This document shows, piece by piece, positions 30,009 to 39,932 of a stretch of 64,000 bases of DNA. The DNA lies in contig OZ242010.1 of assembly GCA_965204745.1 (NCBI GenBank), positions 448,001 through 512,000 of the forward strand, given 5' to 3'. Position numbers and translations under genes: made by a program. Source of the stretch: Candidatus Latescibacterota bacterium. GTDB lineage: Bacteria > Latescibacterota > UBA2968. Under the pieces are notes generated by a model, which was given only the letters and a program-made list of their open reading frames with translations, did no database searches and was not told the DNA's origin. The first letter of the stretch is position 1; the number at the start of each line of letters is the position of its first letter.

Positions 30009-30947
30009 ATGGGCAAAACAGCGTTTCTATTTCCGGGACAAGGGTCGCAATTCGTCGGCATGGGGTATGACCTGTACAGGGCATCAGCAGAAGCGCGCAA
30101 AATTTTTGACCTCGCCGACGATGTGCTCGACACTGACCTCAAATCACTTTGCTTCAACGGCCCTGCCGAGTCCCTCAAACAAACCGCCATCACGCAGCCG
30201 GCCATTTTTGCCCACAGCATGGCCGCGCTCGAAGTGCTCAAACTTCGGGGCGTACAACCCGACTTCGTCGCGGGGCACAGCGTAGGCGAACTCGCCGCGC
30301 TCGTCGCGGCCGGGGTGATGCGCGTCGAAGACGGCTTTCGCGTGGTCCGCGTTCGCGGGTGTGCCATGCAAGTGGCGGGCAAAACCCGGCCCGGCGCGAT
30401 GGCCGCTGTGCTCGGCCTCGACGACGAGGTGTTGATCCGGTTGTGCGACGATCTCAGTTCGTCCGGGCACGTCACGACCGCCAATTTCAACTGCCCGGGG
30501 CAAGTCGTCCTGTCCGGTGAGGAAAACGCGGTTGCAAAAGCACTTGAACACGCCAGCGCGCTAGGGGCCAAACGCGCTGTTCGCCTGCCTGTCAGCGGCG
30601 CGTTTCACTCGGCCCTGATGCAACCGACCATCGCCGCATTGACCGACGTTCTCGCCGACATACCCTTTGCCCGTGCGCGAATCCCCATCATTCCCAATGT
30701 CACGGCCAAACCCACACGCGATCCGGATCGGCTCAAAACCCTGTTGATCGAGCAAGTCATTTCGCCAGTTCGCTGGACCGAATCTATGCAATGCCTCGTA
30801 GCCGAAGGCGTGACCCATGCCCTCGAAGTGGGGCCAGGCACTGTGCTCAAGGGCCTCATGCGCCGCATCGACCGCAAGGTTGTCGTCCGCGAAGCAGGCA
30901 CTTGGGAAGCCATTGAACGAGCGGGAGAGGTAAGACAGGAGAGGTAA
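30009..30947 (+). CDS. fabD: Malonyl-CoA:ACP transacylase
   Basis: FPGQGSQ, GHSVGE, VSGAFHS. Confidence 0.96.
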   Translation: MGKTAFLFPGQGSQFVGMGYDLYRASAEARKIFDLADDVLDTDLKSLCFNGPAESLKQTAITQPAIFAHSMAALEVLKLRGVQPDFVAGHSVGELAALVAAGVMRVEDGFRVVRVRGCAMQVAGKTRPGAMAAVLGLDDEVLIRLCDDLSSSGHVTTANFNCPGQVVLSGEENAVAKALEHASALGAKRAVRLPVSGAFHSALMQPTIAALTDVLADIPFARARIPIIPNVTAKPTRDPDRLKTLLIEQVISPVRWTESMQCLVAEGVTHALEVGPGTVLKGLMRRIDRKVVVREAGTWEAIERAGEVRQER

Positions 30948-31110
30948 GACGGGAGAGGTAAGAGGCGAGAGGCAAGACGGAAGAGGTAAGAGGCGAGACG
31001 GGATTTTAGCCACAAAAGGCACGAGCGGGGTACAACTGGCGATAGCCAGTTCAAAGGCACAAAAGGGGTACAACTGGCGATAGCCAGTTCAAAACACAAA
31101 AGGGGTAGCC
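30924..31110 (+). repeat. Composite repeat: GAGAGGT/AAGA 7-mers + CACAAAAGG + duplicated AACTGGCGATAGCCAGTT hairpin module
   Basis: Same modules as at 10930 and 14664; the hairpin module is present twice in tandem. Confidence 0.88.
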
Positions 31111-31146
31111 TTTGAATATCCCCTAAACTTTTTTTGAGGTTGTAAA

Positions 31147-32625
31147 ATGGATAAAGGGAATGTTGGCGTGCCGAATTTTCCGAACAGGTCGATCTATATC
31201 GGTGACAACTTGCATGTGATGCGTGGAATGAATGATGCATGCGTGGACTTGATTTATTTGGATCCGCCTTTCAATTCTAATCGCAATTACAGTGCGCCGA
31301 TTGGTTCCGAATCTGCGGGGGCGGCGTTCAAAGATGCGTGGACCAAGAGTGATTTAGATGACGCTTGGGCAGGCAATATCGCAGAGAAATACCCTGCGGT
31401 TTATTCCGTGTGTAAGACGGCTGAACAAGCGCATAGCGATGGGATGTACTCTTATCTCGTTATGATGGCACGGCGTCTTATGGAAATGCACCGCATACTG
31501 AAGCCGACGGGGAGTCTATGGTTGCATTGCGATCCGACGGCGAGTCATTATCTCAAACTCGTGATGGACAGTATTTTGGGAAAAGACAATTTTCGGAATG
31601 AGGTTATTTGGAAGCGCACGTCGTCCAAGAGTGCGGGGCGTAAATTGGGTGCGGTACATGATGTGTTGTTGTGGTATGCAGGGGGCGATGAGCATATCTA
31701 TAATAAGGTCTATGGGTCGCATGATCCTGAATATGTCAGAAAATTTTATCGCTATGAAGACGAGCACGGGCAGTATCGGACGGACAATTTGACGGGGGCA
31801 GGTGTAAGCAATGGCGATTCGGGTCAGCCGTGGCGGGGAATAGACCCTTCGACAAAGGGTAATCATTGGCGGGCACCGGGCACTTTTCCCGTGCATGTGG
31901 AGAAACCCGCAGGGTGGGATTCGATGAAAACGCGGGTCAAATTGGATTTTCTCGATGCCAATGGCCTTATTTATTGGCCGACAAAGCAAGGCGGGGTTCC
32001 GGCTTTCAAGCGGTATTTGAGCACGTCTAAAGGGGTTATCCTGACGGATGTGATGACGGACATTCCGCCTTTGTCTGCCCGATCCAAAGAGAAGACAGGT
32101 TATCCCACGCAGAAGCCGTTGGCGTTGTTAGAGCGTATCATCAAGGCGTCAAGTAATGAGGGAGATGTTGTGCTTGACCCCTTCTGCGGTTGTGCGACAA
32201 CTTGTGAGGCGGCTGAGCGTTTGGGTCGCCAGTGGGTTGGAATAGATTTGTCTCGGAAGGCTTATGATTTGATTCGTATGCGTTTGGAGCGTGCTGTTGA
32301 TAAGGGTGCGTTGTTTAAGGGGCGTCTTCCTAAATTGCATCACTTTGAAAATACTACGCCGTCCCAGACTGATCACAGTGGGAAGATGTCTCGGAAGGAT
32401 GCGAAGCCGATACTCTTTGGCCGGGAAAAGGGGAAATGCAAAAAGTGTCAGTATGATTATCCGTATCAAATGTTTGATGTCGATCATGTTATTCCCAAGG
32501 CGCATGGTGGGCAGGATGTTTTGGAAAACTATCAACTGCTTTGCGTCGGTTGCCACCGGTACAAGGGTACTTTGTCTGATGAAGAACACACTGCTAAGCT
32601 AAAAAAGATGAAAATAATAAAATGA
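31147..32625 (+). CDS. Beta-class amino-methyltransferase (N6/N4) fused to C-terminal HNH nuclease
   Basis: DLIYLDPPF, YPTQKP, LDPFCGCATT; C-terminal CKKC...VDHVIPKAHGG...NYQLLCVGCH. Confidence 0.88.
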   Translation: MDKGNVGVPNFPNRSIYIGDNLHVMRGMNDACVDLIYLDPPFNSNRNYSAPIGSESAGAAFKDAWTKSDLDDAWAGNIAEKYPAVYSVCKTAEQAHSDGMYSYLVMMARRLMEMHRILKPTGSLWLHCDPTASHYLKLVMDSILGKDNFRNEVIWKRTSSKSAGRKLGAVHDVLLWYAGGDEHIYNKVYGSHDPEYVRKFYRYEDEHGQYRTDNLTGAGVSNGDSGQPWRGIDPSTKGNHWRAPGTFPVHVEKPAGWDSMKTRVKLDFLDANGLIYWPTKQGGVPAFKRYLSTSKGVILTDVMTDIPPLSARSKEKTGYPTQKPLALLERIIKASSNEGDVVLDPFCGCATTCEAAERLGRQWVGIDLSRKAYDLIRMRLERAVDKGALFKGRLPKLHHFENTTPSQTDHSGKMSRKDAKPILFGREKGKCKKCQYDYPYQMFDVDHVIPKAHGGQDVLENYQLLCVGCHRYKGTLSDEEHTAKLKKMKIIK

Positions 32626-32711
32626 AATTGGTGGCGGTAGATTGGAGTGCATATAAGGGTTATGGGGCGTGCCTATCTAAAACGCCCTAACCTTTATTGG
32701 AGGGTTGTAAA

Positions 32712-33647
32712 ATGAGTCGGAAGATTGTTAATTTGAGGATTCCTTGTTTGGCGATTATTTGTTTAGTGTGTGTAGGTGGTGGTATCTATTTTTTGTTTGC
32801 AGGTTTTGCGGAGTGGTCTATTGCAGAGAGGTCTCTTGTTGTTCAGTGTGGGGCAGTTGTTGTTGCTATGATTGCGGTGTTTGTGGCGGGTATTCAGAAT
32901 TATAGAGGGTCTAGGGATCGGGAATTTGAGAGAAAGTTGCGGGGATTGAAAATTTCAGTTGATAGACTTAGACTCCGTTTGGATGGGAATAAGGTGTATT
33001 CAAGGTCATTGCGGTATGATTTCAAACTTTATGATATTGATGTTCCTAGACATGAGGAGGGAGCTTATCGAGGATTAGGTGGTCGGAGTACGATTTATAG
33101 TGAAAAAGAAGATGTGTTGTATTTTGATGGGTTGGATGTAGTCAGTTTTTGGCTTGATCGAATTTTGGATATTATGGGTATCGTTAGGGGTGATATGAGT
33201 ATGTTTGAGCCACAAAAAGAAAGTTTATTGGATAATGTGAAAGATAGGTTTGGGAAAGATGGTGATAAGGTGTTCAGTGATTTTGGACATTGTTTTTTAG
33301 GGTTTAGGAGTTTGATGGAGTGGGTGAATGATAGAAAGTTTATGAAGACAAGGTATAGATATGCCCAGAAAGTTATTGAGTCTTTGAGTCGTGAGGAGAT
33401 GAGTTTGATTTTACTTTATGGTGTTATTGGATACCCTAACGGGTGCATAGCAAAAAAGTTTAAGGGGTATCTTGAGAAGTACGGGATGTTATTTATTTTG
33501 CGTGATGAGATTTATCCCTTTTCAGAAGAGTATCCGCCGGAACTTAATGCAACTTTGGGTTACTATGACGAATGGGCTTTTGTTGACGGTGGATGGGATA
33601 GGGATAAAGTAAGGCGGAAGAGTGTATTGATTCGTTGGTTGTATTGA
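32712..33647 (+). CDS. Membrane protein, putative phage abortive-infection (AbiC-like)
   Basis: Two N-terminal TM helices, low GC; RYAQKVIESLSREEMSLILLYG resembles the putAbiC signature (recalled, not searched). Confidence 0.5.
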   Translation: MSRKIVNLRIPCLAIICLVCVGGGIYFLFAGFAEWSIAERSLVVQCGAVVVAMIAVFVAGIQNYRGSRDREFERKLRGLKISVDRLRLRLDGNKVYSRSLRYDFKLYDIDVPRHEEGAYRGLGGRSTIYSEKEDVLYFDGLDVVSFWLDRILDIMGIVRGDMSMFEPQKESLLDNVKDRFGKDGDKVFSDFGHCFLGFRSLMEWVNDRKFMKTRYRYAQKVIESLSREEMSLILLYGVIGYPNGCIAKKFKGYLEKYGMLFILRDEIYPFSEEYPPELNATLGYYDEWAFVDGGWDRDKVRRKSVLIRWLY

Positions 33648-33881
33648 GTTGGGTAATGGTGCATGGTTGAGTGGATAGTCGAGAAGAGGTACTGAGTGGA
33701 CTATATTTTGCGGGTGTGTCTCATGTTCATCCTCCATTTTCCAGGGCTGTTGTTATTTCACCATGAGAACTTGTGCGTGTTGCGTAGGATGAACAGCCGG
33801 AGCGTGTATTTCAAAGGGGTATAGCGCGGATATTAAATGCACCCGGCCACTTTGTATATAATTCCCAAAGGATAGATAGCC

Positions 33882-34142
33882 ATGTTCACGACGATTGAAG
33901 GCATGTATCGCGATGGCAAAATTGAACTCTCAGAAATGCCTTGCGATATGTGCGAAGGCACTCCCGTCCTCGTAACGTTTCTTCCATCTGGTTCTGCCGA
34001 CTTACAAACGCACGGCATTGACCGAGCACAGGTAGCGGATTTGCGCCAACGCCTAGCGACCTTTGCCGAAGACTGGGAAAGCCCCGAAATGTGTATTTAT
34101 GACAACTATGACGCAACCCAAGTCAATCTACAAACGCGGTGA
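33882..34142 (+). CDS. Small putative antitoxin (AF2212/DUF104-like N-terminus)
   Basis: MFTTIEGMYRDGKIEL...EDWESPEMCIYDNY; overlaps a toxin-like stub. Confidence 0.55.
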   Translation: MFTTIEGMYRDGKIELSEMPCDMCEGTPVLVTFLPSGSADLQTHGIDRAQVADLRQRLATFAEDWESPEMCIYDNYDATQVNLQTR

Positions 34143-34188
34143 TGTCGTCTTGGCTACCGCTTGCTCCTTACTCGCTTTTCACTCTTAA
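34108..34188 (+). pseudogene. Truncated PemK/MazF-like toxin remnant
   Basis: MTQPKSIYKRGDVVL then an early stop; the RGDVV start is typical of PemK/MazF. Confidence 0.5.
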
Positions 34189-34213
34189 TTTGCTTGACTA
34201 ACCACTGACCACC

Positions 34214-34960
34214 ATGAACCGACTCATCGACAAAACGGCCCTCGTAACCGGCGGGTCTCGCGGCATTGGCGAGGCCATTGCTTTGCGCCTTGCACGCGAA
34301 GGGGCTAATGTCGCCTTGTGCGCCAGCCAGAGCGCGGAAGCCGCCGAGGCCGTGGCCCAAAAAATTCGCGCACAGGGCCGCGAGGCCATCGCGCGACAAA
34401 CCGACGTGTCCAATGCCGAATCGGTGGATGCACTGGTCAAAACCGTGCTCGACGCGTGGGGCAAAATCGACATCCTCGTCAACAATGCGGGCGTCACGCG
34501 GGACAACTTGTTGATGCGGATGAAAGAAGACGAGTGGGATGCCGTGCTCGACATCAACCTCAAAGGCGCGTACCACTGCATCAAAGCCGTCACCCGGCCG
34601 ATGATGAAAGCGCGCACGGGTCGCATCATCAACGTCTCGTCAGTCGTGGGCCTGACGGGCAATGCCGGGCAGGTCAATTACGCCGCATCCAAATCCGGAC
34701 TCATCGGCCTGACCAAATCGGTTGCCCGCGAATTATCCAGCCGCAATATTACGGCCAACGCGGTCGCGCCCGGGTTCATCCCCACGGACATGACCGACAA
34801 AATCGACGCAAAAATGCGCGAACAACTGCTCGCGCAAATTCCACTGGGCAAGTTCGGCAGTCCCGAAGATATCGCGGCTGCCGCGGCCTTTCTCGCCTCT
34901 GACGACGCGGCCTACATCACAGGGCAGGTCCTCGTCGTGGACGGCGGCATGGCAATGTGA
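34214..34960 (+). CDS. fabG: 3-oxoacyl-ACP reductase
   Basis: TGGSRGIG, NNAGVTRDNL, YAASK, VDGGM. Confidence 0.96.
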   Translation: MNRLIDKTALVTGGSRGIGEAIALRLAREGANVALCASQSAEAAEAVAQKIRAQGREAIARQTDVSNAESVDALVKTVLDAWGKIDILVNNAGVTRDNLLMRMKEDEWDAVLDINLKGAYHCIKAVTRPMMKARTGRIINVSSVVGLTGNAGQVNYAASKSGLIGLTKSVARELSSRNITANAVAPGFIPTDMTDKIDAKMREQLLAQIPLGKFGSPEDIAAAAAFLASDDAAYITGQVLVVDGGMAM

Positions 34961-35503
34961 TATACCCCGCGCTGAAGCGACGGGGCTTCTGGCCTCGTCA
35001 TTTCAGCGTAGGTTGTGCGATCAACAGAGAACGCAGGCTGTGCAAGCCCTGTCTGACACCTCCTCCCACAAAGGTTGATATCCCAACCTTACGCAAGATT
35101 GCGTCTTACGCGCCTGACTGTACTTCCGTCCGGGTTGTTAGGTGCCTCGTGACGGTCAAACAAATGGCGCGGGTTGTCCTTAACCGAGCACGTTTGTGCT
35201 TTTACACCCTCACGTAGAAAAGGACGAGGTTTGAGGGAAACCGCATAGCACCTACTCTTGTCAAAGAACAGACAGCACAAAAAAACCACCTGCGGTTGTT
35301 GTAACCAAAGCCAAAGCCTTGCCGCAGGCGGTGTCAAAGCAGAAGTTATAAAAAAGCTCTGGCTGTTGGTTACACACCTTAGACGCACGCAAAGGCGAAA
35401 AGGTTTGAAAAAACTTTGCCCAGCGCAAAAAAGTTCGTAGGGCTAAAGCCCACGCCCTTATATCCCCGCGCCCTGAAGGGCAGGGGCTTTACGGGCTGTT
35501 CAG
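34957..35503 (-). mobile_element. Non-autonomous IS200/IS605 (IS608-like) element
   Basis: Minus strand: TTAC|CTGAACAGCCCGT-AAAG-hairpin (left end) and GAAG-hairpin-TATA-TCAC| (right end); no transposase ORF; excision restores fabG ATG-TAA. Confidence 0.8.
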
Positions 35504-35529
35504 GTAACCCTTTTTAAGGAGGATCGACA

Positions 35530-35769
35530 ATGACCGATGACATTCAACAAAAAGTCACGGATCTGATCGTGGACCAACTCGGCGTGGATGCTGACAGCGT
35601 CCATCCAGACGCCCATTTCATCGACGATTTGGGCGCGGACTCGCTCGACACGGTCGAACTGGTCATGGCGTTTGAAGAAGAATTTGACATGGAAATCCCA
35701 GATGAAGCCGCCGAAAAGCTCGAAACCGTCGGCGATGCCATGAAGTATTTGGACGACCATCTGGCTTAA
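35530..35769 (+). CDS. acpP: Acyl carrier protein
   Basis: [20 protein letters not shown]. Confidence 0.97.
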   Translation: MTDDIQQKVTDLIVDQLGVDADSVHPDAHFIDDLGADSLDTVELVMAFEEEFDMEIPDEAAEKLETVGDAMKYLDDHLA

Positions 35770-35775
35770 TTGGAA

Positions 35776-35808
35776 CTGGAGGCCAGGAGATCGGCTCTCG
35801 GCCTCCAG
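35776..35808 (+). other. Stem-loop between acpP and fabF (attenuator or mRNA-stability element)
   Basis: CTGGAGGCC...GGCCTCCAG inverted repeat with no U-tract. Confidence 0.45.
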
Positions 35809-35818
35809 GAGGTCATTC

Positions 35819-37069
35819 GTGAACAGACAACGCAGAGTGGTCATCACCGGACTGGGCACGCTCGCGCCTAATGGCAACACCACAAAGTGCTATTGGGACG
35901 CCTTGTGCAACGGGCAAACCGGCGTTGGCCCCATCACAAAATTTGATGCCTCTGATTTTCGCGTGCGCTTTGCCGCCGAAGTCAAAGCCTTCGACCCCTC
36001 GCGCTACGGCATGGACCGCCGAAGTGCGCGGCGCATGGATCTCTTCACGCAATACGCCATTGCCGCGTCCGTGCAAGCCGTTGAAAACGCCGGCCTCGAC
36101 CTGGACGCGGAACAGGCCGAGCGCGTCGGCGTCGTTTTTGGCTCCGGCATTGGGGGCATCCGAACCTTTGAAGACCAGCACGACGCGTATCGCAACGGGG
36201 GCCCGCGCCGCATCAGCCCGCTTTTTGTGCCGATGATGATCCCGGACATGTCCGCGGGTCAGGTGTCCATTCACTTGGGGGCCAAAGGGCCCAACTACAC
36301 CATGGTCACCGCTTGTGCGTCCGCGGCCCATGCCATTGGCAATGCGGCCCGAGAAATTTGGGACGACGAGGCCGACGTGATGATCACCGGCGGCGCCGAA
36401 GCCGCGATTACCCCGATGGCCGTGGGCGGGTTTGCCTCGGCTCGAACGCTCTCCACGCGCAACGACGCGCCAGAACGCGCGAGCAGGCCCTTCGATGCGG
36501 ACCGCGATGGGTTTGTCATTGGCGAGGGCGCGGGCGGTTTGGTCTTGGAAGAACTCGGCCGCGCCAAACAGCGCAGGGCCGCGATCTACGCCGAAGTGGT
36601 GGGCGCGGGTTATACCGGCGACGCGCATCACATCACGGATATGGCGCCCGGCGGCGAGGGGGGCGCGCGTGCCATCAGACGCGCCTTGCGCCAAGCGCGG
36701 GTCGATCCAGAGGAGGTGTCTTATATCAACGCGCACGGCACTTCCACGCCCGTGGGCGACCCGGGGGAAACCGCGGCCATCAAAGCCGTTTTTGGCGACC
36801 ATGCCAAAAAGCTCGCCGTCAGTTCCACCAAATCCATGACCGGGCACTTATTGGGCGCGTCCGGCGCGATTGAAACGATAGCGGCCACCATGGCGATTTA
36901 CCACGGGGTCGTGCCGCCCACCATCAATTACGAAACGCCCGATCCGGAATGCGACCTCGATTACGTGCCCAATGAAGCGCGGGAAATGCCCGTCACCATC
37001 GCCATCAACAACTCCTTTGGCTTTGGCGGTCACAACGCGGTCATCGTCCTGCGCGCCTTCGACAACTGA
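35819..37069 (+). CDS. fabF: 3-oxoacyl-ACP synthase II
   Basis: TACASA, NAHGTST, KSMTGHLLGA, NSFGFGGHN. Confidence 0.96.
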   Translation: MNRQRRVVITGLGTLAPNGNTTKCYWDALCNGQTGVGPITKFDASDFRVRFAAEVKAFDPSRYGMDRRSARRMDLFTQYAIAASVQAVENAGLDLDAEQAERVGVVFGSGIGGIRTFEDQHDAYRNGGPRRISPLFVPMMIPDMSAGQVSIHLGAKGPNYTMVTACASAAHAIGNAAREIWDDEADVMITGGAEAAITPMAVGGFASARTLSTRNDAPERASRPFDADRDGFVIGEGAGGLVLEELGRAKQRRAAIYAEVVGAGYTGDAHHITDMAPGGEGGARAIRRALRQARVDPEEVSYINAHGTSTPVGDPGETAAIKAVFGDHAKKLAVSSTKSMTGHLLGASGAIETIAATMAIYHGVVPPTINYETPDPECDLDYVPNEAREMPVTIAINNSFGFGGHNAVIVLRAFDN

Positions 37070-37079
37070 CGAGGCCCTT

Positions 37080-37856
37080 ATGTTCCGCGCCCTGAGAGGG
37101 GGAAGTGTCATTCGACTTGGAAGCGTCTTGCAAACGATCAAACGCTGGTCCATCGGCGACAAAGCGCGTTCTCAAGAAGAACTGCAAGGCAAACTCGGCT
37201 ATGCCTTTTCCAATACCGAGTTGCTCGAACAAGCCCTCAAACACCGGTCTTATGTCTATGCGAATCGGGAAGGCAGCATCGCCTCCAATGAACGCTTGGA
37301 GTTTTTGGGCGACGCCGTGCTCGACCTCGTCGTGACGGAACACCTCTTCAACCGGTTCGAGAACAAGCGCGAGGGCGAACTCACGCAAATCAAATCCCTG
37401 CTCGTCAGCAAAGTGATTCTGGCTGAAAAAGGGCGCGGCATGCGCCTCGGCGAATATCTCTTTTTGAGCAAAGAAGAAATCGCCTCGGGCGGGCGGTTGC
37501 GCGCGTCGATCATCGGCGATGCGTTTGAAGCCCTCTTGGGCGCGATTTACCTCGACGGCGGGTTGGAGGTTGCCCGCGCATTTGTCGAGCGCGTGATCCT
37601 GACCGACTTGGAGAAAATTTTAGCCGATGGCAATTATCTCAATTTCAAAAGCCTGCTTCTCGAACACGCGCAGAGCACCGGGCAGGGGCATCCGCGCTAC
37701 TCGCCCATTTCCGAAGATGGGCCAGATCACCAAAAAATATTTTCTATCGAAGTCACCATTCAGGGCGACCGAATGGGCGAAGGACAAGGGCGCAGCAAAA
37801 AAGAGGCCCAACAGATGGCCGCAAAAGACGCGCTCAAACACTTGGGCTTACAATAA
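37080..37856 (+). CDS. rnc: Ribonuclease III
   Basis: NERLEFLGDAVL, DAFEALLGAIYLD, C-terminal dsRBD; start uncertain. Confidence 0.95.
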   Translation: MFRALRGGSVIRLGSVLQTIKRWSIGDKARSQEELQGKLGYAFSNTELLEQALKHRSYVYANREGSIASNERLEFLGDAVLDLVVTEHLFNRFENKREGELTQIKSLLVSKVILAEKGRGMRLGEYLFLSKEEIASGGRLRASIIGDAFEALLGAIYLDGGLEVARAFVERVILTDLEKILADGNYLNFKSLLLEHAQSTGQGHPRYSPISEDGPDHQKIFSIEVTIQGDRMGEGQGRSKKEAQQMAAKDALKHLGLQ

Positions 37857-37857
37857 C

Positions 37858-38697
37858 GTGACACATTGCAACCCCCGGACATGGCGTTTCCTCGATACCG
37901 CGTATGGAAACGCCTTTTTTAATATGGCCGCAGACGAGGCCCTCGTGCGCGCAGTTGCCACGGGCGCGCGGCCCGCGGTTCGCGTTTACGGGTGGCAGCC
38001 GCCCGCGGTGTCCTTTGGGTACGCCCAGCGCGTCAAGCGCGAGATCGATGTCCGAAAAGTTCGCGCCCGTGGCATGGATATCGTCCGTCGCCCAACCGGT
38101 GGGCGCGCGGTTTTGCACTGGCATGAACTGACGTATAGCGTGGTCTGCGCGGCTGACGATCCGGCGATGGGGGGCAACATCGGCGAAGCCTATCGCAAAA
38201 TCAGCGCGGGCCTGCTCGCGGGCATTCGCCTGCTCGGGGTGGATGCGACCTTTGAATCCCGCCGACACACACAGCCCTCGCCGCGCGGCAAAATTCTCAC
38301 CGCGCCTTGTTTTACCAGCACCGCGCAATACGAAGTCGCGTTCCAGGGCCGCAAACTCATCGGCAGCGCGCAACAACGCATCGGCAACACGCTCTTGCAA
38401 CACGGCTCGCTCTTGCTCGGCGCAGAACACAAGCGCATCGCGGACCTCTTGCCCGACGACAAGCCCGGCCTGCAAAAACGCTTCCGGCGCGAACTCGACC
38501 GCCACACGATTTCGCTTTCAGAAGCCCTGTCGCACAGCGTCGATTTTCACACCGCGGCCACCGCCATCCAACAGGGCATCCAAGACACCTTTGACATCCA
38601 CCTCGTCGAATCGGCACTCAGCCAACCCGAACGCGCCGAAACCCACCGCCTCATCGCCGAGAAATACGCGACCGAGGAATGGAATTACAAATATTAG
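37858..38697 (+). CDS. Lipoate-protein ligase A / LipM-type octanoyltransferase family
   Basis: NMAADEAL, RRPTGGRAVLH, KLIGSAQ, LQHGSL. Confidence 0.9.
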   Translation: MTHCNPRTWRFLDTAYGNAFFNMAADEALVRAVATGARPAVRVYGWQPPAVSFGYAQRVKREIDVRKVRARGMDIVRRPTGGRAVLHWHELTYSVVCAADDPAMGGNIGEAYRKISAGLLAGIRLLGVDATFESRRHTQPSPRGKILTAPCFTSTAQYEVAFQGRKLIGSAQQRIGNTLLQHGSLLLGAEHKRIADLLPDDKPGLQKRFRRELDRHTISLSEALSHSVDFHTAATAIQQGIQDTFDIHLVESALSQPERAETHRLIAEKYATEEWNYKY

Positions 38698-38721
38698 ACC
38701 GCACTCAAGAAGGGCATCGCA

Positions 38722-39915
38722 ATGGCGGGTTTTACGGAAAAAGAACTGTTGCAACTCATTGCGGCCGGCGAATCTGATCGCGTGGAATTCAAAGAAGCCC
38801 TAGCCGGCGACGCCCCCACGCGCATCAGAGAAGCCATCTGCGCCTTTGCCAATGATTTGCCCGACCACAAAGTGCCCGGCCTGGTTTTTGTGGGCGTGAA
38901 GGACGACGGAACTATCGGCAATTTGGCGGTCACAGATCGGTTGCTCCAGCAGTTGGCCGACATGAAAACCGATGGCAATATCTTGCCGCCGCCATCGCTG
39001 AGCGTGGAAAAGCAGGTACTACGAGGTCAAGATGTTGCGGTCATTTCCGTGCAACCCTCCGACTCGCCGCCGGTTCGCTTCAAAGGTGCGATCCACGTTC
39101 GCACAGGCCCGCGCCGCGGCCTTGCCACGGCGCAAGATGAGCGCATTCTCAATAAAAAACGGCGATATGGAGATCGTCCCTTCGACATCCAGCCGATTCC
39201 CAGTGCTAGGTTGTCGGATCTCAATTTGACCCAGTTTGCAAACGAGTACTTGGCCCAGGCTTTTTCCGCCGAGATCTTGGTCGCCAATGACCGTAGCCTG
39301 AATGAGCAACTCGCCGCGACAAAAATGATCGTCGCCCTTGACCAACCCACCGCGACCGTGCTCGGCCTCCTCACCATTGGCAAGAATCCACAGGATTTTC
39401 TGCCCGGTGCGTATGTGCAATTTCTCAGAATTGATGGCCGCGAACTCTCGGATGATATTATCGACAGCGAGGACATGCGCGGTGCGATTCCCGACCTGCT
39501 CCGTCGGATAAACGACAAGTTGATATCTCATAATCGCATCGCGGTTGCTATCGCCACTGGCGCGGTTGAACAACGGGCCGCGCTTTATCCCATTGAGGCA
39601 TTGCAACAGATTATCTGGAATGCCGTCATGCACAGGACTTACGAGGGCACGCATACGCCGGTCCGCATAACGTGGTTCAATGACCGCATTGAAATCATGA
39701 GCCCCGGCGGCGCGTTTGGGACGGTCGATGCCGAGAATTTCGGCCAGCCCGGATTTACCGATTACCGCAATCCCAATTTGGCAGACGCGATGAAAACCCT
39801 CGGCTATGTTCAGCGGTTTGGCATAGCTATCGCCAAACGGCAGTTGGCAGACGCGGGGCATCCGGAACCCGAGTTTGAGGTTTCCGATAATTTTGTGTGC
39901 GTGACGATCAAATAA
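38722..39915 (+). CDS. AlbA_2/Schlafen-like domain + HATPase_c_4 (RecG-C-like) protein
   Basis: GESDRVEFKE, ICAFAN, GVKDDG; NAVMHRTY, SPGG, RNPNLA. Confidence 0.8.
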   Translation: MAGFTEKELLQLIAAGESDRVEFKEALAGDAPTRIREAICAFANDLPDHKVPGLVFVGVKDDGTIGNLAVTDRLLQQLADMKTDGNILPPPSLSVEKQVLRGQDVAVISVQPSDSPPVRFKGAIHVRTGPRRGLATAQDERILNKKRRYGDRPFDIQPIPSARLSDLNLTQFANEYLAQAFSAEILVANDRSLNEQLAATKMIVALDQPTATVLGLLTIGKNPQDFLPGAYVQFLRIDGRELSDDIIDSEDMRGAIPDLLRRINDKLISHNRIAVAIATGAVEQRAALYPIEALQQIIWNAVMHRTYEGTHTPVRITWFNDRIEIMSPGGAFGTVDAENFGQPGFTDYRNPNLADAMKTLGYVQRFGIAIAKRQLADAGHPEPEFEVSDNFVCVTIK

Positions 39916-39932
39916 TACCGGGAGAATGCAAA

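Noticed and set aside
31005-31110. Palindromic unit repeated twice, superficially CRISPR-like
   Set aside because: No unique spacers, only two copies, no cas genes; it belongs to the dispersed repeat family.
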